The translations under genes were made by a program, and so were the position numbers. Shown here piece after piece: positions 42,641 to 53,835 of a stretch of 64,000 bases of DNA; within the stretch, counting starts at the first letter, position 1, and every line of letters starts with the position of its first letter. Below the pieces are notes generated by a model that saw only the letters and a list, made by a program, of their open reading frames with translations, was not told the origin of the DNA and ran no database searches. Origin of the DNA: Histomonas meleagridis 2922-C6/04-290x (Eukaryota; Protista; Parabasalia). Location: the NCBI GenBank assembly GCA_020184695.1, contig JAANOX010000011.1, positions 434,001-498,000 on the forward strand, given 5' to 3'.

Positions 42641-42868
42641 AAAGACCATAACTCCTGTCACTTTTATAACGTGCGACAAAAATCTCAAAACACAAATAAT
42701 TATTCATCTGGTTACGAAGTTATTAACAAATTGTAATAGTTTAAGTAATTTCATTAAAAATTAGATTCAAAAGATTTTGACTCAATAAAAGATATTAAAG
42801 ATGATAGAAAAATTGAATTACTTTTTTTCTTTTTTAAACACTATCGGTTAGAGTAATGGGTTGGATAA

Positions 42869-44908
42869 TCACTCGTCTATAGTCTGCTTTCCATTTGGTA
42901 AAATCCAATCCATTGATGCCGCAAGAGAAAAAATATCTCCTGATATTTCTGGTTCTCTGCCATCTCTTACCTGATTCAACAGGTACCCCACTCTTTGTAA
43001 AGTTGTTGTAGGCCTTGGCTTGCCTTGAATTAATGACATTGCTTTAAAGGAATTTTGATCCAATGCATTCAAATCCAATCCAAGCTTTTTTAAATCACGA
43101 CCAGGCAAGTCACATGATCTTATTCCAGGATGATTGCTTATTGTAGTCCAAAAGCTTAAAAAAGGCTGAGGCGACGATGGCTCAAAACCGTCGGCGGTTA
43201 TTTCATTCAAATCGGGAAGTTTTTTTGCCAGCTCACTGAGCTCTTCCAAGCCTTTGTCCCCTGATCGAGAGTTCTTTAAGCCTAAGCGCCTTAAGCCTGT
43301 AAAATTCGAAGCCTCGTTGATGAAATTAACAAAAAAATTTGGGTTAAAACTTCCATTAATATCGAGTCCAATCAAAGGAAGTGATTTCCCAAACCAAACT
43401 ACACTTTGAAGGAACTCATCTTCACATTCGGTATTGATAGATACTAAACTCAAAAATCTCAGTTTCTTTTGTGTGAATAATAAATCAAAAAATAATTTTG
43501 AACTCCCTTTTGGGAATGAATTGCCATTCCACTCGAGCTCAAGCAAGCTACACTTACACGTGTTGTGATCAATTCCTGTTAATGATTCATAAGCGTCATT
43601 ACTTATTGATAAATTATTTGCTCTCAGAGTTATTGGAACTTTTAACCCACTAGATGTGACCAACTTAAAGAATGAAGAGAAAGCTTCATTAGAAAATGAA
43701 GACTTCGAAATGTCAATAAATACAATTGAATCATGAAATGTTTTTTTTGCGGATATTGCATTACTAAATTTCATATTTTTAAGTTTTAAAATCTTAATCT
43801 GTATTTGTAAATTGCAAACGATGTCTACAATGATTGATGCATCAATACTCATCCCATCAAACGAAAGGCATTCGAGATTTTTTGCACTGCAAAGTAATCT
43901 CGAAATGTCAAAAATTTCAATATCGGGGATAACGGTCTCCTTCATTTCAATTTGTGTGATTTGACAAGCCGGGGTGCTCTCTGTCAAGAAAGTGACAAAG
44001 CTATTGAAGCTGCCACTTTTTAATATGCATTTTCTGAAGTTTATGGACGATATGCCAGCAGGCAACTTTTTTGTGTTTTCTGCAAAGTTAAGGAGAATTC
44101 TATCAGTACATTTGATAAAATACCAATCCCTTATTGTGGTCTTTTTAACTTCAAGATCAAATTTTAGAGTGCATTGATCATTATAATCATTGAACGAGAT
44201 GCTTGTGATCTTTATTGAGTTTTCAAGAAGGGCATGAAGAAACTTGGAAAATTTGGTGGGTGCAAAAGATTTTAAAATAATAGAATTAATTAAAGGTTCC
44301 CATGCAATAGCGTGACCAATTGCTGCTGCAAAGTTTCCAGGATGTAAAGATGGTCCAATAGTAATATAAGGCTTCTTGTCGTTTTCCCATTTGTCAAGGT
44401 AATCTATCGAGTATAGTTGTTCACCTTTGATGTTGTAAAAATGTGCTAATAATAAAGCTCGATATTTCAATGCTGATTTTGGCCTCTTAGATACTTTAGA
44501 AGCAGGGAAAGGAACATGAGCTTTGATTTTGCAGATGTGAATGTCTCTAATTCCAAAAGTTGCCTTATCTAATATTTTTAATATTGTTTTTGCAACTTTT
44601 ACTGCATCAGAAGTTTTGAAGGATGCTACTTCGTTAAGTTCCACTGATAATAAGTCTGATTTTACAATAAGAGTTTTAATACTAAGATAACTAAATTTTG
44701 ATATATATTCTAGTTTCCCAAAAACTTTTGTCTTAAAAATATAAAAAGCACCTTTTGTAAGCATGATGCATCCTGATGTAAATGGATCATCATGCTTTAA
44801 TTGGTAATCAACTGGAATTGCGATTATTGGAATTTCAAGGTTGCACCAGCATTTACTTTTCATCATATTGAGCTTGTCGTTGTTCACCTTGATGAGTGTT
44901 TTATTCAT
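42869..44908 (-). CDS. CARMIL/LRRC16-like protein (PH-like N-terminus plus RNI-type LRRs)
   Basis: N-terminal ILTKGAFYIF PH-like segment followed by degenerate LRRs (LRRLGLKNSRSGDKGLEELS). Confidence 0.55.
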   Translation of the reverse strand: MNKTLIKVNNDKLNMMKSKCWCNLEIPIIAIPVDYQLKHDDPFTSGCIMLTKGAFYIFKTKVFGKLEYISKFSYLSIKTLIVKSDLLSVELNEVASFKTSDAVKVAKTILKILDKATFGIRDIHICKIKAHVPFPASKVSKRPKSALKYRALLLAHFYNIKGEQLYSIDYLDKWENDKKPYITIGPSLHPGNFAAAIGHAIAWEPLINSIILKSFAPTKFSKFLHALLENSIKITSISFNDYNDQCTLKFDLEVKKTTIRDWYFIKCTDRILLNFAENTKKLPAGISSINFRKCILKSGSFNSFVTFLTESTPACQITQIEMKETVIPDIEIFDISRLLCSAKNLECLSFDGMSIDASIIVDIVCNLQIQIKILKLKNMKFSNAISAKKTFHDSIVFIDISKSSFSNEAFSSFFKLVTSSGLKVPITLRANNLSISNDAYESLTGIDHNTCKCSLLELEWNGNSFPKGSSKLFFDLLFTQKKLRFLSLVSINTECEDEFLQSVVWFGKSLPLIGLDINGSFNPNFFVNFINEASNFTGLRRLGLKNSRSGDKGLEELSELAKKLPDLNEITADGFEPSSPQPFLSFWTTISNHPGIRSCDLPGRDLKKLGLDLNALDQNSFKAMSLIQGKPRPTTTLQRVGYLLNQVRDGREPEISGDIFSLAASMDWILPNGKQTIDE

Positions 44909-45635
44909 TGTTATGTGAACTGTGTTTCAGGTAGAAGGAGGTAAAACGCTTCACTAAATTCTGTGTAAAGTTTTCAAAAAAAGTTTCAATGCCTTTTGGG
45001 ATCACAGAATGATAAATGCAAAGAATAATAAAAATAGTGGATATTTTTTATAAGATTAATTATTTCTATGTTTTGTGGTAAAAATAAATTTTCCAAAAAT
45101 GAAGATTATATGGTAAGATCCTTCAAAAGAAACAAAATATTTCCATTAAACACAAACAAATATAAAGAAAATTTTCTTTTTTAATGTAATTACATTAAAC
45201 TTAGGCACATTTTTCATGGTTATGATCTTGAGATTATTAAATTGGCTCAAAAAAATATAAATACAATTAAATTTAGAGAACAATTTTTATCAAAATTTCA
45301 GGCCAAGATAAAGACTTTAACAATGCCCTTAAAATTTATGCAGAAATCAAAAATTTAATTTAGAGATCTCCAAATTTATTCTGGAGTTTATTAATGGATT
45401 CAAAAAAATTAAAAAAATGGTCCCGCAGGGATTGTTTACTCATCAAGACTTACAATGGGCTAAGTCTCATGTTCTTAGAGCTTGCGATAAGCAACTACCA
45501 CTAGTGCTTAAATTGTTTTGTCCTTCCTAAAAAGACGAATCCAAGCAATATTCGCGGCATTGCTTGAGATAAACCTGTGAAAAAGCAAGTGTCAAACGGT
45601 TTTCTTGAAAATGTACTTTTCAGTACATCTTCACA

Positions 45636-48119
45636 TTAAACTGCGGGATTTTGTTGGATTAATTCAGGGTTTATGTTTAGATTTTCATTACTTTCAATAA
45701 TTAGGTTGTTTTCTTCATGTTTATGATTTAACATATTCCAATATATTAAGGCTGATCCTCTGATAGCATTATATGATAATGATCTTGCACATTTCTTTGT
45801 TTGCTTTGAATCACTGTTTAATAGGGCTTTAATATTATTAAACGTTTTCTTAGGTATAGCGCCGAGAGAACTAATAATAATTGGGTAAAACTTAATGTTT
45901 AGTTGAGTTTTATCTCTAAGATCATCGCATAAACTTTGGTATTTTTGAGTTTTGGTATTTATACAGTAATCTAAAGAAGATATTGTTTCATCATTTAAAT
46001 TCTTTAAGTCACCATACGGAACACTTACTTCGATTATCGTTAATTGATTTTTAATATTATCTACGAACCAAATATCCGGCATCAATCTACTATTTTCGGG
46101 TTCTAGAGGACGCATATTTGATAATTTAATCGTAGTGGATCTGTGAAATAATAAATTTTGATTAGTACTTTTATCAATTGAATTAATGATTTCTTCGACA
46201 ATGTAATTATGTCTAATTTTGTAATAAGATTTCCTTGGTAGGCAACCATTTAACCGATGTTTTAGATTATCATTACCATTGTTACATATTGTACATTTTG
46301 GCGTTTCCTTACCATGAGCTAGAATTTCACCAGTAGGTAAATTATTGCATCTAGCATTTATTGCAAATTTTATAATGTTATCATTAGCCTTTGTCATTAA
46401 AGGGTTTAAGAAGAATGAGCTACACGGGGATTTAATTAAAGTGTTAAATGTATGTCCTTTAAGTGGCATCGAAATTAAGTTTTTTGTCCACCTATTATTG
46501 AACATTTTGTTTAATGATTCTAATAGAGATTTAGGATTAGCAATATTATTATAATTTTCTTCTAATATCAAATCTCTTAACCTGAATGTATTTTCATCTT
46601 CTTCTTCTTTGATTTCAATTTTTAATTTTTTAATTGCCTTAATAGCTTTTATACAAAGTGATTGGGTTCCTTGTTTCATATTATTTAAGTTCCAGTTAAA
46701 GAATACAGAATTTTCATCATCTTCATTGATTTTCCTAAATTCTCTTTCACATTTAGTTGTTTCTTTAAAGAAGTTTATAATGTTTTGATTAGACCAATAA
46801 TTTAGCTCAAAGAAATTTTTAATATTCAAAGCTCTTGCTCTTTCTGTTAAATCTTGAATACCTAAACCACCATTTTTCCAATTAGTATGAAATATTGGAA
46901 TTGGTGTAGCTATAGCTTGAAGATGTAGATTTAAAGTCTTTCTAATTTCTTTGTTAATAAGTTCTAACTTATTTATCCTACAGTTACTACAAGTTAGTTC
47001 ATAATCTAGGGCTGGAATGATAAATCTTTTAATAGCATCAATCTTTTGATTTAGTCTTAATTGGGACATGCCAATTAATTTTATTTTGTTTTTAATGTCT
47101 TTGATTAAAGTATCTGAGTGAAGCATTTTTGTTACATGAGATCTGGCTATTGGTGCACCTAAATATTCTTTTAACGTTAATAATTTAATTTTAGGGATCT
47201 CTTGGTTATTTGATTTAAAACTGGAGTTAGAAGATACTCTTCTATTATTATCTAATAAATATGAATATAAACCACATTTTTTAACATTAATTTTAAGTTT
47301 TGCATAAATACAAAAATTGTCTACCGTTTCTAAAATATTCTTCATACCATTCTCCGATTTACTAATCAACAGAATATCATCTGCGTAAGCTTGAATAACT
47401 ATACCATTGACTCCTTCATATTTATGTCTCGAATTGACCATTCTCAATAGAGGGTCTATTGCTATATCAAATAATAGAGGAGAAATTGGACATCCTTGTT
47501 TAACACCTTTTCTAAGGATGATTTTCTTTGATTTAAATTCCATTGTTTGGATAATATTCGAGGAATCAGTATAACAATTTTTAAGAATTTTAATAAAAGT
47601 TTCATCGAAACCTAGATGTTTTAAATTATTGAATATTAATTTATGTGGGATTTCACCAAAAGCATTTGATAGATCAATAGATGTTATATAAATATCTTCT
47701 TTTGTTTTGCTAACGTAGTTGATAAGTTCTTGAACTGTAGCTGTATGTTGTAAGCACCCATTATAACCATTAATGAAACCTTTTTGATAGTTAGAGATGA
47801 TATTTAATTTCGAATTAAGTTGTTGTAAAGCAAAAGCAAATCGCATCATGATGATCCTATAACTGGTTGTAGTAATTGTAATTGGCCTCCAATTACTACA
47901 GTTTTTAGGATCATCATGCTTGTAAATTAGAACTACTTTGGAAGTTTTCCAATGAGTTGGAAAACATTTAGTATTTTTAATAGCTTTTAGGATGACTTTA
48001 AAATATTTTGAAGCCCATTTTGGGCATGCAGAAAATACTGCATTAGATAATCCATCTAAACCGTGAGCTGAGCTTAACTTTCTTGTTTTAATAATTGATT
48101 TTAAATGTTTTCTGTTCAT
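45636..48119 (-). CDS. Reverse transcriptase plus zinc knuckle plus RLE endonuclease portion of the retrotransposon polyprotein
   Basis: WRPIT, QKGF, DLSNAFG, GVKQGCPISPLLF, AYADD, YLG, CTIC...H...C, RHN, PD, IIEV, KTQKY, PIIISSLG. Confidence 0.95.
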   Translation of the reverse strand: MNRKHLKSIIKTRKLSSAHGLDGLSNAVFSACPKWASKYFKVILKAIKNTKCFPTHWKTSKVVLIYKHDDPKNCSNWRPITITTTSYRIIMMRFAFALQQLNSKLNIISNYQKGFINGYNGCLQHTATVQELINYVSKTKEDIYITSIDLSNAFGEIPHKLIFNNLKHLGFDETFIKILKNCYTDSSNIIQTMEFKSKKIILRKGVKQGCPISPLLFDIAIDPLLRMVNSRHKYEGVNGIVIQAYADDILLISKSENGMKNILETVDNFCIYAKLKINVKKCGLYSYLLDNNRRVSSNSSFKSNNQEIPKIKLLTLKEYLGAPIARSHVTKMLHSDTLIKDIKNKIKLIGMSQLRLNQKIDAIKRFIIPALDYELTCSNCRINKLELINKEIRKTLNLHLQAIATPIPIFHTNWKNGGLGIQDLTERARALNIKNFFELNYWSNQNIINFFKETTKCEREFRKINEDDENSVFFNWNLNNMKQGTQSLCIKAIKAIKKLKIEIKEEEDENTFRLRDLILEENYNNIANPKSLLESLNKMFNNRWTKNLISMPLKGHTFNTLIKSPCSSFFLNPLMTKANDNIIKFAINARCNNLPTGEILAHGKETPKCTICNNGNDNLKHRLNGCLPRKSYYKIRHNYIVEEIINSIDKSTNQNLLFHRSTTIKLSNMRPLEPENSRLMPDIWFVDNIKNQLTIIEVSVPYGDLKNLNDETISSLDYCINTKTQKYQSLCDDLRDKTQLNIKFYPIIISSLGAIPKKTFNNIKALLNSDSKQTKKCARSLSYNAIRGSALIYWNMLNHKHEENNLIIESNENLNINPELIQQNPAV

Positions 48120-48124
48120 TACAT

Positions 48125-51100
48125 TTATAAGTCTAAATCCTCTTCATTTATCAGTTTCAGAGGGTTCCAGATAGATTTTTCACTTTCCTGGAAATCTGAA
48201 ATTTTAGACCAAGTATCATTAAAATATCTTTCTGTATCTTTTTGTGAAATATTATAGCAAGGAGAGAGATTGGGGAATATGTTTCTTTCTAAACATTTTA
48301 TAGGGTCATCATTATAAAGTTCTTGTATCTTAATAATTTGTTTCTTTCTTCTGTCATTTTTATTTTGATTAATTCTAGTAATATAAGAATCTAGCCAGTT
48401 AATTAAGTTATCAAACCAATCATCTTGTTGGTTTTCCAAATTATTAAGACTAGCAGCGGATCTAGTGCCAAATGTGTTTTGTATAATTTCATCATTTGAG
48501 TTTTGATAAATTGTTAATAATTGTTCTTTAATTTTTGTCATATTATTGTTCCATGTGTCATCTCTTAATTTGATATCTATATTTTTGAGTTGTTTAAATT
48601 CTAGAAGTTATAATGTTAGATCGGATGAATTCTTGAGAGCTTTTTCTTCTGATTCTCTTTTATTAATTCTCTCATAGAGCCTTTGATTAATTTTATTCTT
48701 ATCAATTTGTTTAACTTTAAATTTTTTTTTTAGGAATTTAAAAAGATCATGTTCACATTTTAATAGGGCTCCTTCAAAATAATGAAATTGATCTTTATCA
48801 TAAGGCAAATATCTCCTTATGATTGGATAAATCTTATTCTCGAATAATTCATTTAAGTCTCTGGATAATTTCTTTTTTTGGGAATATGTAACTTTCGGCA
48901 AAGTTAGTATACCTTGATCAATAAGAATGCTATATTTGTTGTACCATTTTTCTAATTTTTTAAGTTCAGTGTTTAAAGAGTAGTTAATTACTTCATTTTC
49001 ATTGTGTTCTTGAAGATCTTGTTGAGTATTTTGTTGGGGAATTTCGTTCGAATCTTCCTGTGTAGTTATTTCAGGGTTAGTATTTCTATTTATCGAATTT
49101 CCATTATCAGAGTTATCTGAGAACATCTCATTCCAATTAACTTCTACTAAGTCTTCATCATCGTTTGAAGAGTTATCTGAGTCGATTTTATTCAGTAAAT
49201 CTGATTTTAATTGTGTTTCCAGAATGTAAGATTCTGCTCCTTGAGTTCTAGCTTCTTGATGAGTTCGAGAGATATGTATTGATAGTGCATGTTTATCTCT
49301 AGTGATACAATCTAATTCTTTACAAATAACAATATTTTGTGTGTTAGTAAAATAGGATAAATCTTTAATGTTAAGATTTTTTCTACAAATATAGATTAAT
49401 TGAGCCCAAATTACTCCGAATTCTTTAATTAACAATGATGCATCATGGTGATATTTTGCTAGATGGTTTCTAAATGGATCTCTTTTATCTGAAATATAAT
49501 CACATAATAAACAAAAGAAAGGTCTGAAGTTTGTATCTTTAGTTTTCCAAATAATCTTTTTATTATGTATTGCTTCAATCAATAAACATATTTCACTATC
49601 TAGATCATTTTCATTATGTTTCTCTAATAGGTGTTTCTTCCTGCTGTTAGCATGTTTAAGTGATAAACAATTTGGGTGTGTACATGCAAACATTCCAATT
49701 GATGGAAATTGTTTTTTGACAATAAGTTGAATAAGTAAAGAAGTATAGTTAGATCTATATAATATCTCTTCCTCATTCGTTTCTTTTAGTTCTTCAATTA
49801 GTTTATCTAATTCTGTTCTATTATTAATATTAGCAATCTTATCTTCTATATATATAATCTGTTGAGGATCATTATTGAAAACTAAATTCTGTTGATTATC
49901 TTGTTGATTATTATGATTATTAATGTTGTTATGATCATTATTAATTATAATATTTATTGTATTTTGGGGTTGTTCATTTTGCTGAATGTTATTGTTATGA
50001 CGATTTTGTGTATTGTTATTTTGATTTTAAATATTCATAATGGAATTTGTAGTTACCTTCAATAAGTTGGTTAAAATATATTGTACATTTTCCATAAATT
50101 TATTAAATAAATCATTTTGTTGATTAAGATTCTCAGTTTGATGAGTTAGAACATTGACTATAGCCAAGTCTGCCATCTCTCGATTTTCTTTTTGTTCCAA
50201 AATGAAATTTCGATTGATTTCCATTAGTTCTTGGTTATAAGTCATAATTTTATCTAAATGCTCTTTATACAGGTTTGATTGTGCTATTAATTCTGAATTT
50301 TTAGAAGTAATTAACGAATTAATATTTTCACTCCATTTATCAATTAAAGTGTTATTATTTTCAAATATTTTGATCAAATTAGTTGAATTTAAATCTTGAG
50401 CTTCTTTAAAAACTGAAATTATAAGGTTATAATTTTTATTGATATTGTCTATGATGTTTTGGCTATAAGTATTAATTACTTGATTTTGATTCTGTAGTAA
50501 TATTTTATAATCATCATTTGGATCTAATTTAATTTTAATTAAATTTTGAATTAAATCTTTATTAAATATATTTTGACTGGAGACGAAATTCTTAATTAGA
50601 TCAGTAGTATTTTTATTTTCTTTGATCTTGGTATTTTCTATGTTTTTAATTTGATAGATTATACTATTCATGATTTCGTTTTGTACCTCTAGTTTATTCT
50701 GTAGGTTAAATATTTTGATATCTTGTTCTTGTTGTAATTTTAGGAATTGGTCAAAAGTTACCTGATGATAGTTTTCCATTGTTGCTAGAGCGTAATGAAT
50801 ACTATTTAATAAATTTTGATCGAAAGTTTGATTAATGAAAAAATTAAATTCGAGATTATTGTTTATGACTGGATTTTGGATACTATTTTGCGTAGGAACT
50901 ACCGAATTCTCTGTTTCTGGGTTTCTTAAGTAATTTAGATCAAAGTTGTTTCGCATTAATAAATCACTAAAATTGTCTTCAAAGATTCGGGGTGAAATAC
51001 CTGAATTCGATATGCTAATGACATAGAATGCAAACATGAGACCCATTCTTCTGAATAGTAGATTAATGTTTGGAGATGTTAATAAATATTTATTACGTAA

Positions 51101-51748
51101 CTCTACTGGAACAAAGTGTCTTTCATTATTAAGATTGAAGGTGAATTTGTAGGGTTTCGTAAGTAATAAGTTAGAGAATTCGTATAGTTGGATGACCGCA
51201 TTTTTAACAAATTCCTGCAGATACGCACTTTTTCCTAGAGTTAAAATGTAATAGTCGATAAAAAGTAAAGTTAATAAATTTGAGAGATCTTGTAGTTGGT
51301 GGTCAACTAAATTCTTAAAATGACACTCAAAATTAACTAGGTCTGTTTGGATGTTGGGTGTCGAAGAGTCAGGAAAAAGAGCTTGAAAGAAGTCCAGGGA
51401 GACCGGTTTCGTAATTGGTTTCATTAATATGTTATCCCATAGTTCAAACGGAAAGATCAACAGTGAAATGGGAAGGACATCATATTCACCGAGATCATAT
51501 TTTGTGATGCTTAAATTTTCTTCAATATTTTGTAAAAATTTAATATCTATCTTGTTTTGTGTTGTAAGGTGGTGTCGTGCGTAGTTTCTGAGCTGTTCTG
51601 GGTGGGTGTCTTCCGGCCGATATGCAATTTGTAAAATGAAAGTTTTGAGTTGAGACGCGAGACTAGTATCATTGTGATCTACTCCAGGTAATCTTTCTAA
51701 ATCTGCAACCTGGGGTAAAAATAAGCTCGATTCAAAAAATGAAAAAAC
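48125..51748 (-). CDS. Upstream part of the retrotransposon polyprotein (coiled coil, N/Q-rich linker, three C2H2 zinc fingers), one frame with two internal TAA codons
   Basis: ORFs 50027-51460, 48608-49693 and 48125-48541 share a frame that stays open between them and upstream to the tRNA; fingers CTHPNC..H..H, CLLC..H..H, CKELDC..H..H. Confidence 0.75.
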
Positions 51749-51749
51749 A

Positions 51750-51822
51750 TGGTCCCGCAGGGACTTGAACCCTAGACCTTTGCGTTATCAGCACAACGCT
51801 CTACCGACTGAGCTACGAGACC
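51750..51822 (-). tRNA. tRNA-Ile(GAT)
   Basis: GGTCTCGTAGCTCAGTCGGTAGAGCGTTGTGCTGATAACGCAAAGGTCTAGGGTTCAAGTCCCTGCGGGACCA folds to a cloverleaf with anticodon GAT. Confidence 0.93.
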
Positions 51823-52256
51823 TTGTTATTTTTCTTTTAATCATATAGTTATTAAATAATTTTTGAAACAATTTTGGTTGTTATTCATTATGTTTTGTGA
51901 GTCTGATTGACATATCTAAATTTATAATTAATTTTGAGTCTACTCACTTCGATTATCCTATGCTCTTAAATATTTTTTAATTTTTACTATCAAAAATTAT
52001 TTTCAACTTTAATGCAATTTCATAAATTTAAAATATTTTCTTTTAAAATGAGCTCGTTCTGATGGTGTTTAAAAAGATTCAGGACATCGATTTGATAAAA
52101 TTTACATACATGACTGATTGGTTCAGTCTGGGAGATCAAGTTCGTTTAAAAAAAATTAAACGGGATAAACCGCTTCAGAGGATTTTCTTAATATGCCATT
52201 TTGCTCCAATATAATTTAAATAGAGACTTCAGAAGAAGAAAATATTACTACTTTGT

Positions 52257-52982
52257 ATGTCTGTGCTTGATGAATACCAAAAAAATCGTTGTCGAGATGT
52301 ATTGGATAAACTTTTAAGCTATCACATATCAGCGATGTTTGCATCTCCAGTCGATCCAGAAAGAGATAATTGTCTCTCATATTTCAAAATCATTGAACAC
52401 CCAATGGATTTTGGTACAGTTCGGAGCAAACTCGAAAGCGATCAATACAAGTCAGTTGAGCAATGGAAAGAAGATGTTCATCTTATTTTCGAAAATTCTT
52501 ATAAATTTAATACTCGACAATCTTTAATATCTACTCTTGCAAAACAACTTCAGCAAATATTCAATGAACTTACAGAAACCATAACATCCAATCCCAAAAT
52601 GGATTGGCTTATTAAACTTGATCAATTAAAAACAGAATTAAACCAAATGTATAAAAATGCTCCTAAAGATATCATTCAACAACGGAAGGTTACAAGGAGG
52701 CAATCTGAGATCCAAACCAGAGAACGTCCTCCATCTCCATCACCATCAAAATCCAAAAAAACTCCCAAGCCAGATGTCCCGGATGAAGAAGAGGTTACCA
52801 GACTGATTAGTGATGTCAATAATCTCGAAAATGCCGAACATATTAACAAAGTTGTTGATCTGATTAAAGAAAAGGAACCACGGTTACGTCTAAGTAACGG
52901 CGAAATAGAGATAGACGTCAGCAAATTAAGCAAAAACACATTAACTGCTTTGAGGAAGCTCGTTGATAGCTTCAAGAAATGA
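52257..52982 (+). CDS. Bromodomain plus extra-terminal (ET)-like domain protein
   Basis: FASPVDP, YFKIIEHPMDFGTV, FENSYKFN; C-terminal EIEIDVSKLSKNTLTAL. Confidence 0.92.
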   Translation: MSVLDEYQKNRCRDVLDKLLSYHISAMFASPVDPERDNCLSYFKIIEHPMDFGTVRSKLESDQYKSVEQWKEDVHLIFENSYKFNTRQSLISTLAKQLQQIFNELTETITSNPKMDWLIKLDQLKTELNQMYKNAPKDIIQQRKVTRRQSEIQTRERPPSPSPSKSKKTPKPDVPDEEEVTRLISDVNNLENAEHINKVVDLIKEKEPRLRLSNGEIEIDVSKLSKNTLTALRKLVDSFKK

Positions 52983-53835
52983 CTTTTCATATGAAAATGA
53001 TCGTTTGTATTGAATTTTTGTATGGTTTATTTCTGGGAGCATATAAGTGTAATGTTAAAATAAACATCACTATCAAATAGAATGTATGGAATATATATAC
53101 ATAAAATTGATAGCATAATATTTTTTAGGATTTTTGTTTTATCTTTTTCAAAAAATAGTTGGGATGATTTGAAGTTTTTTCTTAAATTAATTTATTTTGT
53201 GATTAGAATGATAAATTATATTATTAAAAATATTTAATAAAGTATACAGCCAAGAGATAAGTCGGGTCATTCTCAATGCATATTATGAAGAAAGCTTGTA
53301 TGCATTAGAGTTTATGTTCATTTTAAACTGATCCAAGGAGTTGATAGTGAAATAGCTCAACACAGGTCCACCACAGAAAGCGCAAAGCATGAACACTGGT
53401 GATGTCTCAGAAGTCAAATGTTTCTCATACACCTAAGGTAATGAATCATATGAAGATATCTTCTCAGATTCGTTAAACCATTAAAATGGATGATAAAAAA
53501 ATAAAGAATTATAATGAAAGAATAATTAGTTGATGCAGTCTTTCACTTTGATATAGACAAAATTCAAGGTATACATATATACCAATATTGAGAAATGAAT
53601 TTCTAGTGCTCTTGCCATCTATTACAAAATACATAGAATTAATAAAATATATTTTTTTGATTAACATTAAGGCCTTCTTGATCAATAAGTAGTTCATACA
53701 GTAAAAATGTATAAAAATTTCGATTTTAGATGCATTATACATTTAAATTTTACAATTGTTCATAAAAAATGTAAAATCGCGGCCGTTTAAACCTTAGAAA
53801 AATTCAAATCAATAGTTTACAAATATTTATCGGAG

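Larger units (their letters stand above)
45432..51748 (-). mobile_element. Non-LTR retrotransposon of the restriction-like endonuclease type (NeSL/R2-like), inserted in the 3' end of tRNA-Ile
   Basis: C2H2 zinc fingers, RT and RLE domains; flanked by direct repeat ATGGTCCCGCAGGGA at 45417-45431 and 51749-51763. Confidence 0.92.

Noticed and set aside
53270-53480. Possible snoRNA or other ncRNA in the GC-richer intergenic patch between the bromodomain genes
   Set aside because: No convincing box C/D pair with a terminal stem or H/ACA layout could be established by eye.
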